Positions 47,908 to 56,798 of a DNA stretch of 64,000 nt are shown here, piece by piece. Source of the stretch: Candidatus Latescibacterota bacterium (GTDB lineage: Bacteria; Latescibacterota; UBA2968; UBA8231). The position numbers and the translations under genes were made by a program. The notes beneath the pieces were generated by a model. The model saw only the letters and a list, made by a program, of their open reading frames with translations. It had not been told where the DNA came from and searched no databases. Every line of letters starts with the position of its first letter. Within the stretch, counting starts at the first letter, position 1. Location: the NCBI GenBank assembly GCA_965217585.1, contig OZ244561.1, positions 256,001 through 320,000 on the forward strand. The letters run 5' to 3'.

Positions 47908-50283
47908 TCAATAGACCACTGAAATCACGCGCCGGACGCGCTGCTCATGCGCGTCTCCATCAAGGTGGAGTTCGAGCACGTAGAGGCCGGGCGGCACCAG
48001 TTGCCCTGCTTGATCGCGGCCGTCCCAAGTGAAGTGCTGAGCACCCGCAGTGACGGCTTGGGAGTGCTCGACGAGCGCGTGGCCGGCCAAGTCGTAGAGC
48101 CGCAGATGCCAAGGACGCGGTTCGAGGATGTTGATCACGTCGGCGCGGACGGCGAGCACATCGTTTATGCCGTCGCCGTTGGGCGTCAGCACCTCCGTGT
48201 CAAAGACGACGTTGAGCAGCAGGTCGCGGGCAACGGGCAGGCCGACGACATTGCTGCTGCTGGCAACTTGATCGGTAGCATCCCCGGGATCGACGCGCTG
48301 GCGGCTGGCGTCCTCGGTGCGAGCGTCTTGGATAAAAAGGACGAAGGGGGTGGACTGCTGGAAAACCTGTGCGGCGAAGCGCAATTCGACGAGATCGTCG
48401 TCGCGCAGCGGCTGGGGGAAGGTCACCGCAAAGCCAGCTTCGACCGGCTGGTCTGTGACCTCTAAGGGGGCGTCGTTGACCAAGGCACGGACAAAGCGCG
48501 TCGGCGTCGGCGTCTCCAAGACGAGGCGATCGAACCCAGATGCCCTAGTCTCGCGCGGGCGCAAGAAGAAGCGGAACTCGGTTTCCTCGCCCGGCAAAAC
48601 ATGGGTCGGGAAAATTTCGCTGACGGCGCGCTGGGATAGCGGATCGCTGAATGCAATGTTGAGTGCGTCGAGTTGGAGTGCCACCGATGGGGCTGCGGTG
48701 ACCATCCGCATCTGTAGCTGAGCGTAGCGGCGCGGCGAAGGCGACTGGAACTCCTGGCCTGAGAAGGCGTAGAGCTTGCTCCACGCGCTCCAGTCGCCGC
48801 CGATGACCTGGGAGGTATCGATCGGCCCCTTGAAGCTGGGAATCAGCTTGTCATAGCGCTTCTTGCTGACTTGCTTGCCGTTCTTGTCGTAGTAGGTGAG
48901 CAAGTTTTCGACTTCATTGCCAGAGCGGCTGCGTAATTCCAATCGGGTGCCCAGCGGGATGTCGGCCTCGTAGGATAGAGCGTTGAGGCTTTTTGGGCTT
49001 TGGAAGTCAATGATGTGCGAGCGAAATTTTAGGTTCTGCGGGAAGCCCTCACCGAACACCTGAAGCTCTTCGGCGAACCCCCGGAAAACCCAGCGATTAC
49101 TCGCGTCCCAGTTCTTCCACAACACCCGGATAAAGCGGGTGGGCACCAGCCCGAACTCGTGGGTGGCGGCACCAGTTACTTTTTTGACGTGTTCGCTAGC
49201 GGTGCCGGAATAGTACTTCTGCCAGATCAGGGTGCCATCGGGCGCTACGGAGCCGTCGGAACCGAGCACCTCGTAGAAATTGAACCCAAAGGAGCGCCGG
49301 GTGATGAAGAAGTCGATGACCCGGCCGCTGCCAGCGGTGATGCCGCCACCGGGCCGGGCAACTACGCCGCCGACGATTTTGAGTTTGTCGATAAAGTAGG
49401 TGGCACCCAGGTCGAGGACGATGTGCGAAAAGACGTCGCGCTCGGCTTGGATGGTGCGCCGCACAAACCAGCGGGTGGAGAGGTCGCCGTCGATGAGCAC
49501 TTGGATGTTGCCCAGCGGAATGAGGTCTTGAGTGACGAACGCATCGAGCACGACTTCGAGGTACCCGCCGCGTTCGAGCATCCCCAAGGCTATATTGTCG
49601 CCCAGCGCTTCGACCTCGACTTCGAGGAGACGGGTGTTCGGTTCGAGGGCGAGCAGATCCAAGCGCACGTACTGGATCGGCGTGTGGAAGGGCTGATCGA
49701 GTTCATAGGTAATCTCGTGGCGGGTGTTTTCCTTGAAGCGCTCGCGCCAGCGGTAGATGACGGTCCCGGCGATGGGGTTGTCCACCTCGTCAACGGCGTG
49801 TTCGCCAGTAGAGAGCAGCAGGTCAAAAAGCGACGGCGCAGGGCCTTGGGGATCAAAGATCAGCTTGACTCGGCGGGCGGAGACGCCCCGGCCCAAATCG
49901 ACCTCAATGGTCCAGTTTGCGGGGGGATCGTCCAGATGGGGGTGCCAGCCGGTGGAGCGATCGCCATCCATGACCAGCGGCGCGTCTCGTAGGTTGGAAC
50001 CAGCGCGGCGGATGCCGCCGCCAAAGGCCGCGGCATTGAGGACGGCATTGATGTCGCGGTGAACAGCGACGGGCTTGAGGGCACCCTGTGGGGTCAGCTC
50101 GACCGTGCCGGGTAGCGGCCAGGCCTGCCAGTCGCGGCGGGAGGCAAAGCGAATCTCGTCGGCACTCGCTGGGGGCACACTGAGAACGGCGCAGACAACC
50201 GCACATATAGCAATCCTGAATGATTGAACAATTCGAGATGCGGATCGTCTTGTTTCTACTATTCTGCGTCCTTCTGCGTCCAT
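47908..50283 (-). CDS. Secreted discoidin-like/FlgD-Ig protein with TPNGDGxND (CHU_C/T9SS type B-like) tail, paralog 1
   Basis: Signal-like segment, DGD...W..DLG twice, TPNGDGIND...WDGRD...PGLY. Start uncertain because of the 92-bp insertion. Confidence 0.8.
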   Translation of the reverse strand: MDAEGRRIVETRRSASRIVQSFRIAICAVVCAVLSVPPASADEIRFASRRDWQAWPLPGTVELTPQGALKPVAVHRDINAVLNAAAFGGGIRRAGSNLRDAPLVMDGDRSTGWHPHLDDPPANWTIEVDLGRGVSARRVKLIFDPQGPAPSLFDLLLSTGEHAVDEVDNPIAGTVIYRWRERFKENTRHEITYELDQPFHTPIQYVRLDLLALEPNTRLLEVEVEALGDNIALGMLERGGYLEVVLDAFVTQDLIPLGNIQVLIDGDLSTRWFVRRTIQAERDVFSHIVLDLGATYFIDKLKIVGGVVARPGGGITAGSGRVIDFFITRRSFGFNFYEVLGSDGSVAPDGTLIWQKYYSGTASEHVKKVTGAATHEFGLVPTRFIRVLWKNWDASNRWVFRGFAEELQVFGEGFPQNLKFRSHIIDFQSPKSLNALSYEADIPLGTRLELRSRSGNEVENLLTYYDKNGKQVSKKRYDKLIPSFKGPIDTSQVIGGDWSAWSKLYAFSGQEFQSPSPRRYAQLQMRMVTAAPSVALQLDALNIAFSDPLSQRAVSEIFPTHVLPGEETEFRFFLRPRETRASGFDRLVLETPTPTRFVRALVNDAPLEVTDQPVEAGFAVTFPQPLRDDDLVELRFAAQVFQQSTPFVLFIQDARTEDASRQRVDPGDATDQVASSSNVVGLPVARDLLLNVVFDTEVLTPNGDGINDVLAVRADVINILEPRPWHLRLYDLAGHALVEHSQAVTAGAQHFTWDGRDQAGQLVPPGLYVLELHLDGDAHEQRVRRVISVVY

Positions 50284-50322
50284 CTGTGTCTATCTGCGGA
50301 TCATCGCATGAATGATTGAACA
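50217..50322. repeat. 92-bp insertion: 14-bp direct repeats flanking a 4x10-bp array
   Basis: TGAATGATTGAACA at 50217 and 50309. TTCTGCGTCC TTCTGCGTCC ATCTGTGTCT ATCTGCGGAT at 50262-50301. Confidence 0.8.
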
Positions 50323-50339
50323 TTGCTTGGATTCAAACG

Positions 50340-51104
50340 CTACTTCTGCCAAACTTGGCCGGTGCCATGGCGGTCCCAAATCCCCACCGCGCCGTTGCGC
50401 TGCTCATCGGCCCCCAAGAAGATGAGGTGGGTTCCATTGGCGGCATTGACGTGCAAACCGCCGTTGCCACCAGCACCGGCACCCGCGTAGATCAAGTTTT
50501 CGCCGGTGTGGCTATTGATCAACAGGCCGCCGTTTTGCGACGAATCAGCTCCAGCGAGGAAGATGTTGATGCCCGCGGCATTGTTGGCCATCAGCAGGCC
50601 GCTGCCTTCGTCTTCGCCTGCGGCGATTAGCAAATTGCCGGCCGCGCTCCGCAGGGCCAAGTGGCCGCTGCCGACCTCGCTCTCGCCTAGGTATGCCAAC
50701 TGCTCGCCCTTCGCACTGTACACCTGCAACGCACCCCCCTCTTGGTCGCTGCTTACAACCGAGACCAGCGGCGCGCCAGTAGCGGTATCGACCACGAGCA
50801 AGCCGTGGCCGGCTGCGTCGGTACTAAGGCTGACCCCGCCTTGGCCATTGCCGGCCCCCACCCACAAAGCGCCATTTTGGCGCTCATCGGCCGTGGCTAC
50901 GAACACGGGCTGCCCCTCGTCGTTGAGGATTTCAATGGCCCGGGCGCGGACCACATCGGCCCCGGATGCCGTGCTCATCAAGGCGGTACTCAGCGACGCG
51001 CTCAGCACAATGGCAATGTCGATTAGGGCTAGCGCAGCCAGCAGTGCCAAGAGGCGGTGACCAATGTATTGCTCCAAAGAAGCGTAGGGTTGGAAGTTGC
51101 TCAT
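50340..51104 (-). CDS. Membrane-anchored hypothetical protein with ~23-aa Gly-rich beta repeats
   Basis: GAGG RBS, one TM helix, about 8 repeats of G-x-L-x5-G-x2-L-x-L/A-G type. Confidence 0.7.
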   Translation of the reverse strand: MSNFQPYASLEQYIGHRLLALLAALALIDIAIVLSASLSTALMSTASGADVVRARAIEILNDEGQPVFVATADERQNGALWVGAGNGQGGVSLSTDAAGHGLLVVDTATGAPLVSVVSSDQEGGALQVYSAKGEQLAYLGESEVGSGHLALRSAAGNLLIAAGEDEGSGLLMANNAAGINIFLAGADSSQNGGLLINSHTGENLIYAGAGAGGNGGLHVNAANGTHLIFLGADEQRNGAVGIWDRHGTGQVWQK

Positions 51105-51161
51105 ACGTATCCTCGTAGTAAAAAGCGGTTTTTCGCCCATCGCATGGGCTTATCTGCATGG

Positions 51162-51202
51162 CAAACCTACACAAGGAGACACTCATGGCCAAGATCAAGG
51201 AA
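51162..51202 (+). repeat. Orphan copy of RBS + first 6 codons of the ManD-like gene (partner 53828-53868)
   Basis: caaacctacacaaggagacactcatggccaagatcaaggaa vs caaacccacaccaggagacactcatggccaagatcaaggaa (39/41). Confidence 0.92.
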
Positions 51203-51434
51203 TACGGACCAGCGAACAACCTAGGCGGAATATCAAATCAAGAGACACTGCAAATTCACTGAGGAGATTGCCATTGTGGCCCAAGCCGCCGACGGCCGGC
51301 GGTAGGCGGCGGCGATATCGAGGCGCAGACGCGCCAAGTTCCCCTGCGAGCGAGTGCAGAAGCCTGCGACTTGTTAGGCTCCTTTTGCGCGTCCTATATT
51401 GGGGTATTGGCTTGGCTCAACCGGATAGACCCCC

Positions 51435-53741
51435 ATGCGCAACGCCATCCTCGTAAGTGCCCTAGTGCTCGCCACGCCCCTCGCGGGCGACCAACTCCGC
51501 ATCGCCACCTCGAACGACTGGCGCCAATGGCAACTGCCCGGCGACGCCGTCAAGGTCGCACGCGGTACGCTCAAACCCTCCTTTGTCCGCCGCAATATCA
51601 ACGCTGCCGCCAACGCCTTTGACTTTGCCAGCGGCGGCATCCGCAACGTGGGCTCCAACCCCGGCGACGCCCTCAAGCTCATCGATGGCGACCTAGCCAC
51701 CTATTGGGCTCCCGATCCGACCGCTAGCGTCGAGGATTGGTGGATCGAAGTCGATCTGGGGCGCGTCGTATCGGCGCGCAAAATTGAGCTCCACTTCGCC
51801 TCCGACAGCACCCCGCTGGAGTTTTTCAAAATCTTTACCTCCGACGGCGAGCCTTTCTTCAGCAATGCCAATTCCATTCTCCCCGGCACGCTGCGCTACA
51901 ACAAGCGCTGGCGCTATAGCTTTAACCAAGCACCCATCATCGAGATTGACTACCAGCTTAAGCCGCTCAAGAATATCCGCATCGAGGCCGACCTGCCCAC
52001 GGAGAATATCCGCCTGAGCGAGGTGGTAGTCGAGAGCATCGGCGACAACCTTTCGCTGGGGATTTGGGGCCGGGGGGGCAGCGTCGAAATCATCTCTGAG
52101 GTCACCTCTAAGCTCGGCCGCACCCTCACCGAGTCGAAAGGGATCAGCAATACCCTCGTCGATGGCGATATTACCACCTATTGGGGGACGGTGCATCGCG
52201 GCGGCGCAGGCACGCAGCCCGAACAGCAGATCGGACAGTTCAAGATTGACCTAGGTGCGCTGTATTGGGTGGACAGGGTGCGAATGCTCGGTGATCCCAG
52301 TGGCATCGCGCCTTCGGCGTCGTGCGGCGATTGTGGCCGGCATCGTCAATTCAACTACCTCTGGTACCAATTCTTCACGTCGGACGGCTCCCAGGCACCG
52401 GATGGCTCGCTGAGTTGGGAGCTGTTGGGCGAATTGCCCTCGGATCGCCGCAACCTAACACAAGTCCGCCATTTCCAAGAGCACTTCCCATTGCGCAAGG
52501 TTCGCCACGTGCGGCTGATCTTCCCCATGTCCGAGGGCTTCGAAGCCTTTAACGGCCGCATCGGCACCACGGCCGAGTGGCAGGTCTTCGGCGAAGGCCA
52601 CCCGGCCGCCGTGATGGCGCGCTCGCCGATTTACGACCTGGGCTCCATACAGCATATTGCGGAAATAGGCTGGGCCATCGACGCACCGCCGCAGACGCGC
52701 GTCGAAATCCGCAGCCGCACCGGCAACCTCCTCGACGATCAGCACATCTTTTACGATAAAAACGGCAAGCAAGTCACCGAGAAGAAATACGACAAGCTGA
52801 TCCCCAGCTTCCGAGGGGCCATCGACACCATCCGCACCGCTGGGGCCGACTGGAGCAACTGGAGCCGGGCCTACGCGACCTCCGGTCAGGTCTTCCTCTC
52901 CCCCGGCCCTCGGCGCTACGTGCAGTTGGAAGTTCACCTCCGCTCCGAAGACCCTTCCGCCACCGCGACCTTAGACGATATCGTCCTCGAATTCAATAAC
53001 CCACTGGCCCAACAGACGCGCGCCGAAGTCTTTCCCATCGAGGTCTCCCCCGGCGAAATGAACCAATTTACCTACTATCTTCGCTCCGACTTCGTCTCGT
53101 CCAGCCGGGGCTTTGATCAGATCCAACTGGCCTCCACCGCTGGGGCCACCTTCCGCGCGCTGCGCCTCGCCGGCGAGCCGGTCGCCCCCACCGTCGAAGC
53201 GACCGCAAATGGCTTCAAGATCCTCCTCGCTGAGCCGGTGCGCCGCTCGACCCTAATCGAAATCGACTTCGAGAGCATCCTCTATCTCAACCAGACCCGC
53301 TTCGAAGCCTTTCTCTTCAACAGCGCCTTGTCGACCACCGCGCGTCAACAGGTTGACCCCGGCGACGCCGAGGCCGCCATTGCCAGCGACCGGACCTTTG
53401 TCTCCTTGCCCACCGACGGGCGACTCTTTGCGGCCCTCTCGCTATCGAACCGGGTCCTAACTCCCAATGGCGACGGTATCTCAGACCGGTTGCAAATTGA
53501 CCTCGACCTGTTCAAAGTACTCGACCCCCGACCGGTCATCATCGGCGTCTATAACTTGACTGGCCACCGGGTCGCCCTCATCAGCGACGCGGCCACCACG
53601 GCCGGGCACCAGACCTATCAATGGGACGGACGCGACAGCCAAGGTCGCACCGTCGCACCCGGCATCTACATCCTCCGCGTCACGGCCGAGGGCGACGCGC
53701 TGACCCGCAGCGCAAATCGCCTGATCTCGGTAGTCTACTAA
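51435..53741 (+). CDS. Secreted discoidin-like/FlgD-Ig protein, paralog 2
   Basis: Signal peptide and colinear shared motifs with 47908-50283 (YDKNGKQV..K.YDKLIPSF.G.IDT, VDPGDA, TPNGDGI.D). Confidence 0.85.
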   Translation: MRNAILVSALVLATPLAGDQLRIATSNDWRQWQLPGDAVKVARGTLKPSFVRRNINAAANAFDFASGGIRNVGSNPGDALKLIDGDLATYWAPDPTASVEDWWIEVDLGRVVSARKIELHFASDSTPLEFFKIFTSDGEPFFSNANSILPGTLRYNKRWRYSFNQAPIIEIDYQLKPLKNIRIEADLPTENIRLSEVVVESIGDNLSLGIWGRGGSVEIISEVTSKLGRTLTESKGISNTLVDGDITTYWGTVHRGGAGTQPEQQIGQFKIDLGALYWVDRVRMLGDPSGIAPSASCGDCGRHRQFNYLWYQFFTSDGSQAPDGSLSWELLGELPSDRRNLTQVRHFQEHFPLRKVRHVRLIFPMSEGFEAFNGRIGTTAEWQVFGEGHPAAVMARSPIYDLGSIQHIAEIGWAIDAPPQTRVEIRSRTGNLLDDQHIFYDKNGKQVTEKKYDKLIPSFRGAIDTIRTAGADWSNWSRAYATSGQVFLSPGPRRYVQLEVHLRSEDPSATATLDDIVLEFNNPLAQQTRAEVFPIEVSPGEMNQFTYYLRSDFVSSSRGFDQIQLASTAGATFRALRLAGEPVAPTVEATANGFKILLAEPVRRSTLIEIDFESILYLNQTRFEAFLFNSALSTTARQQVDPGDAEAAIASDRTFVSLPTDGRLFAALSLSNRVLTPNGDGISDRLQIDLDLFKVLDPRPVIIGVYNLTGHRVALISDAATTAGHQTYQWDGRDSQGRTVAPGIYILRVTAEGDALTRSANRLISVVY

Positions 53742-53850
53742 TGGATAAGCTCTTTAGATGTTGAGGCTGACGCCTCCCTAGGCGCTGGGGACCCGACCCA
53801 CAGGACGCCGTTTTGGCGCTCTAATCTCAAACCCACACCAGGAGACACTC

Positions 53851-55059
53851 ATGGCCAAGATCAAGGAAGTCCGCTGCATCCGCACCCGCCCAAACGGCAC
53901 TTGGGTCATCGTCAAAATCATCACCGACCAGCCCGGCCTCTACGGCATCGGCTCGGCCAGCGAGCACAACCACGCCGCCACCGTCGCCACGGCCCTCGAA
54001 GAAAGCCTAGGACCGCTGCTGATTGGCCGCGAGGCCAGCCGCATCGAAGACATCTGGCAGTGCGTGTACAACAGCGGCTACTGGCGCAGCGGCTCCATCC
54101 TCAACGCCGCGCTAGGCGGCATCGACATGGCCCTGTGGGACATCAAGGGCAAGGAGGCCGGGATGCCCGTGTACGAACTGCTGGGCGGGGCCTGCCGCGC
54201 GGCGGTCCCCTGCTACGCCCACGCCGGCGGCGGCGACCACGAAGCGCTCGTCGATGACATCCAACGCTACATCGACGAGGGCTGGCCGGTAATCCGCTGC
54301 CAACTCGGCGGCTATGGCGGCGGCGGATTCGTGGAAAACGCGATCAAGCCGCGCAATGCCTGGTCGGCGGCACCGGCCTTTGACGACGAAGCTTATCTGG
54401 AAGCTATCCCCGCGATGTTCGAGTACCTGCGCAACAAGTTGGGTTTTGGCCCCAAGCTCACCCACGACGTCCACGAGCACCTCAAACCCCAAATCGCGGT
54501 GGCACTAGCCAAGCGATTGGAACCCTACCGGTTGTTTTTCCTCGAAGACGCGCTGGCGCCAGAGCAAATCGGCTGGTACCGGCTCATGCGCCAGCAATGC
54601 ACCACGCCGCAGGCCATGGGCGAGCTATTCGTCAATGTCCACGAATACCTGCCGCTGATCAGCGAACGCCTCATCGACTACGTCCGCGTGCGGGTGGCCA
54701 AAGGCGGCGGCATCACCCCCTGCCGCAAAATCGCCGCGCTCTGCGAATTCTACGGAGTGCAGACGGCTTGGCAGGAAGGCGGAGACAACGATCCGGTCAA
54801 CCAAGCGGCGGCCATGCATCTCGATATGTCGAGCTATAGCTTCGGGATCCAGGAGGAAAACGGTTTCAGTCCAGCAGAGCTAGAAGCGTTCCCCGGACAC
54901 GCGACCATGGAAGGGGGCTATATGTATCCCAACGATCAGCCGGGGTTGGGGGTTGATATCGACGAGGAAAAGGCGAAGAATCTGTTGGTCGGAGATCAGG
55001 TGCGCGCCTTTTACGCAGCCGAGGACCGCCGGGCCGACGGGAGCGTGGTGCGGCCTTAG
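53851..55059 (+). CDS. Mannonate dehydratase/RspA-like enolase-superfamily protein
   Basis: YWRSG, IDMALWDIKGK, IRCQLGGYG, HDVHE, LED, MGE and QE motifs. Confidence 0.9.
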   Translation: MAKIKEVRCIRTRPNGTWVIVKIITDQPGLYGIGSASEHNHAATVATALEESLGPLLIGREASRIEDIWQCVYNSGYWRSGSILNAALGGIDMALWDIKGKEAGMPVYELLGGACRAAVPCYAHAGGGDHEALVDDIQRYIDEGWPVIRCQLGGYGGGGFVENAIKPRNAWSAAPAFDDEAYLEAIPAMFEYLRNKLGFGPKLTHDVHEHLKPQIAVALAKRLEPYRLFFLEDALAPEQIGWYRLMRQQCTTPQAMGELFVNVHEYLPLISERLIDYVRVRVAKGGGITPCRKIAALCEFYGVQTAWQEGGDNDPVNQAAAMHLDMSSYSFGIQEENGFSPAELEAFPGHATMEGGYMYPNDQPGLGVDIDEEKAKNLLVGDQVRAFYAAEDRRADGSVVRP

Positions 55060-55088
55060 AGTCGAGGCCGGTGAAGTTCCTCTTTTAC

Positions 55089-56798
55089 TCAGCGGGCGAT
55101 CAGCATCGTCACCCTATGTGGCTCAACTCCCGGCGGCAGTCTCCGGGCCCCGTGAGCATCTCGTAGCGTGAACGGGTGATGCATGAGGATGTCCTGCTTG
55201 CCGTCCTTGTTGAGGTCCACCAGCCAAGTGTATTCCTCGTTGGGCATGGAGACCGCCACCTTCTGAGGCCGCCGGGCGAACAGGTCCGGCCCCGGCACGC
55301 CGACAAAGACGCGCAGTTCTTTCCGGCTCCTCCCCACCAGCAGGTCCGAGCGGCTGTCGCCGTTCACATCCCCGATCAGCACGGACGGCAAGAGCGCGGC
55401 TCTTTCCCCTGACTTGCCGAGAGAGTCCGTCTTGATCTTACGGGTGGCGTTGGGTTTGTCGGGGTAGATGCCGCCTTCCATGCGATAGAAGTCGAGATCC
55501 AGCGACACGGAACGAGTCAGCACCGCCCCGGCAATCATGCGGATGGTCTTGAAGAACCCGACCTTGATGGTTGTGAACATCATGTCGACCTGGCCGTCGT
55601 GGTCGAAGTCGTGCTGCCCCATCCCGCGCGGGACGCCGTCCGACTGGATCGCGGTGCCGACGTCCGGCGCGAACACGGTGCCGCCATCGGGTGTTGGCGT
55701 GCCGAAATACACCTCGTAGGTGGAGTGCGCACTCCACATGCTCCTGATCTCCAGCGAGAACACCACGAGGTCGGCGACGCCGTCGCCGTTCATGTCGGTT
55801 AGCGAGTGCAGCACCCGTCCCGTCATGTCTCCGGTCGGCATGTGATCTTTACGCCGCCGGCGAAGCCCCTGTGGAGCGGCGAGCGAGGCGGGGTCGTCGG
55901 AGTCGAATAACACATCGGTCGTAAAGGTCTTGGCCACGGGGGCAAACAGCCCGCGCTCGTCCTGGTGATGAACCTCAAAGTGGTCCGCGTTCCAGAACAC
56001 CAGGTCGCGGCGACCATCTCGGTTGTAGTCCATCTCGTGGACGCGGCCACCCTGAACCCAGGGTTTGTATCGATATCCCTCGTCCCCGTAGATACTACTC
56101 ATCTCGATGGAGGGGCCGACCTTCACCGGATCGGCGAACGCGCCGTCGCTCATCTGGATGAACACCCAGAAGCTATCGACATCCGGCACGACCAGATCGT
56201 CGCGCTCGTCGCCGTTCACGTCCCGCGTGACATCTACATGGGGGATTTCGCCGCGGCGAGGCGGATTGAAGTTGGAAGTCACCGCCACCAGTGCGCGTTC
56301 CGTCGCCGATTCGGGATCGAACCAGTTCAGGCGACCGGGCTCGTACGCAATCAACCGATCGCGTCCACCGATATTGGCCACATCGACGAACAACACTTCG
56401 GGACGCAGCGTTGCGTCGAATATGGGCACCCAGGTACCGTCGCCGAACGCGTAGATGCGCAAGCGGCGGTCGTCGTTGTCGTCGATGTTCACCACGGCAA
56501 GTTCCGCGATAGCACCACCGAGAAGAAATCCCGTCAAAACGGTCTGGCGTTTCGCGGAGCCGATGACGACCTCGTACTGCTCGAAGACAACTTCCCGCTC
56601 GAAAGTGGATTGGGCAGCGGCAGGAGTCGTGAAACACACACCGAATTCGATCGTAGGGAATTGCCCACTGGATTGGTTAAAACCGGATAAAACACCCACG
56701 CCCGTCTGGACGTAAAGGTCGTTCCCCTCTGCTGCGAAAAGGCTTCCGGGTACAACAAACCCAAGGAGATACATGAGTCGCTTTCTATTCGATCTCAT
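55089..56798 (-). CDS. FG-GAP/VCBS repeat protein, copy A (chimeric N-terminus)
   Basis: DVNGD, DYNRDG, DMNGDG, DFDHDG and DLNKDG repeats. Near-duplicate of copy B from FTTPAAA onward. Confidence 0.8.
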   Translation of the reverse strand: MRSNRKRLMYLLGFVVPGSLFAAEGNDLYVQTGVGVLSGFNQSSGQFPTIEFGVCFTTPAAAQSTFEREVVFEQYEVVIGSAKRQTVLTGFLLGGAIAELAVVNIDDNDDRRLRIYAFGDGTWVPIFDATLRPEVLFVDVANIGGRDRLIAYEPGRLNWFDPESATERALVAVTSNFNPPRRGEIPHVDVTRDVNGDERDDLVVPDVDSFWVFIQMSDGAFADPVKVGPSIEMSSIYGDEGYRYKPWVQGGRVHEMDYNRDGRRDLVFWNADHFEVHHQDERGLFAPVAKTFTTDVLFDSDDPASLAAPQGLRRRRKDHMPTGDMTGRVLHSLTDMNGDGVADLVVFSLEIRSMWSAHSTYEVYFGTPTPDGGTVFAPDVGTAIQSDGVPRGMGQHDFDHDGQVDMMFTTIKVGFFKTIRMIAGAVLTRSVSLDLDFYRMEGGIYPDKPNATRKIKTDSLGKSGERAALLPSVLIGDVNGDSRSDLLVGRSRKELRVFVGVPGPDLFARRPQKVAVSMPNEEYTWLVDLNKDGKQDILMHHPFTLRDAHGARRLPPGVEPHRVTMLIAR

